Of a DNA stretch of 64,000 nt, positions 63,731-64,000 are shown one piece after another. How positions within the stretch are numbered: the first letter of the stretch is position 1; each line of letters starts with the position of its first letter. The DNA is from Mobula hypostoma. Its lineage: Eukaryota. A program made the position numbers and the translations under genes. The stretch is taken from positions 238,950,001 through 239,014,000 of the forward strand of contig NC_086097.1 of NCBI RefSeq assembly GCF_963921235.1, read 5' to 3'. The notes below the pieces were generated by a model. It had not been told where the DNA came from. It saw nothing but the letters and a program-made list of their open reading frames with translations, and searched no databases.

Positions 63731-64000
63731 AAATCTTTAATTACCTGCACTAATATAGTCATTTGCAGCTCAGTGTTAATTATTCATTTTGTGGGAAATG
63801 TACTGGAAATATATTTCCCTGCTGCAAAGGTGCTAAATAAATGGAGATTACCCTTGGTAAGTTTGTCTTAAGATTTCTGCAGTTGAATACTAATGTAAAG
63901 AGCAGTGGACATTTGGCACCTATACAAATTTGCTCCCCTTGTGTGAGTAAAAATAAAGAAATTTGAATAAGATAATGAGTAGACAAAGGAAAAGAAGCCT

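Overview
Eukaryotic, transposon-dominated DNA with no confidently identifiable host gene; it reads as intronic or intergenic sequence. The repeat complement suggests a cartilaginous fish, probably a ray (inference). Main contents: a full-length but disabled L1 LINE with a 17-bp target-site duplication (TSD) (7287-13029); a full-length CR1 LINE with zinc-finger/esterase ORF1 and EN-RT ORF2, carrying two nested insertions (41492-46406); many truncated CR1, Rex1/Babar, RTE and Penelope-like (PLE) fragments; a decayed Tc1 transposon interrupted by an RTE-derived element; solo LTRs, two of them nested; and V-SINE, CORE-like and DeuSINE-type SINEs. The most interesting signal is a set of short TSD-flanked PLE-terminus insertions carrying type I hammerhead ribozyme cores. 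In one copy (18134-18178) a 9-nt duplication rebuilds a complete stem III. Also notable are a non-coding LINE-tailed family of unclear class, a composite palindromic MITE and several templated-repair scars. Family names come from motif recognition, not database searches. Fragment boundaries without a TSD are approximate.
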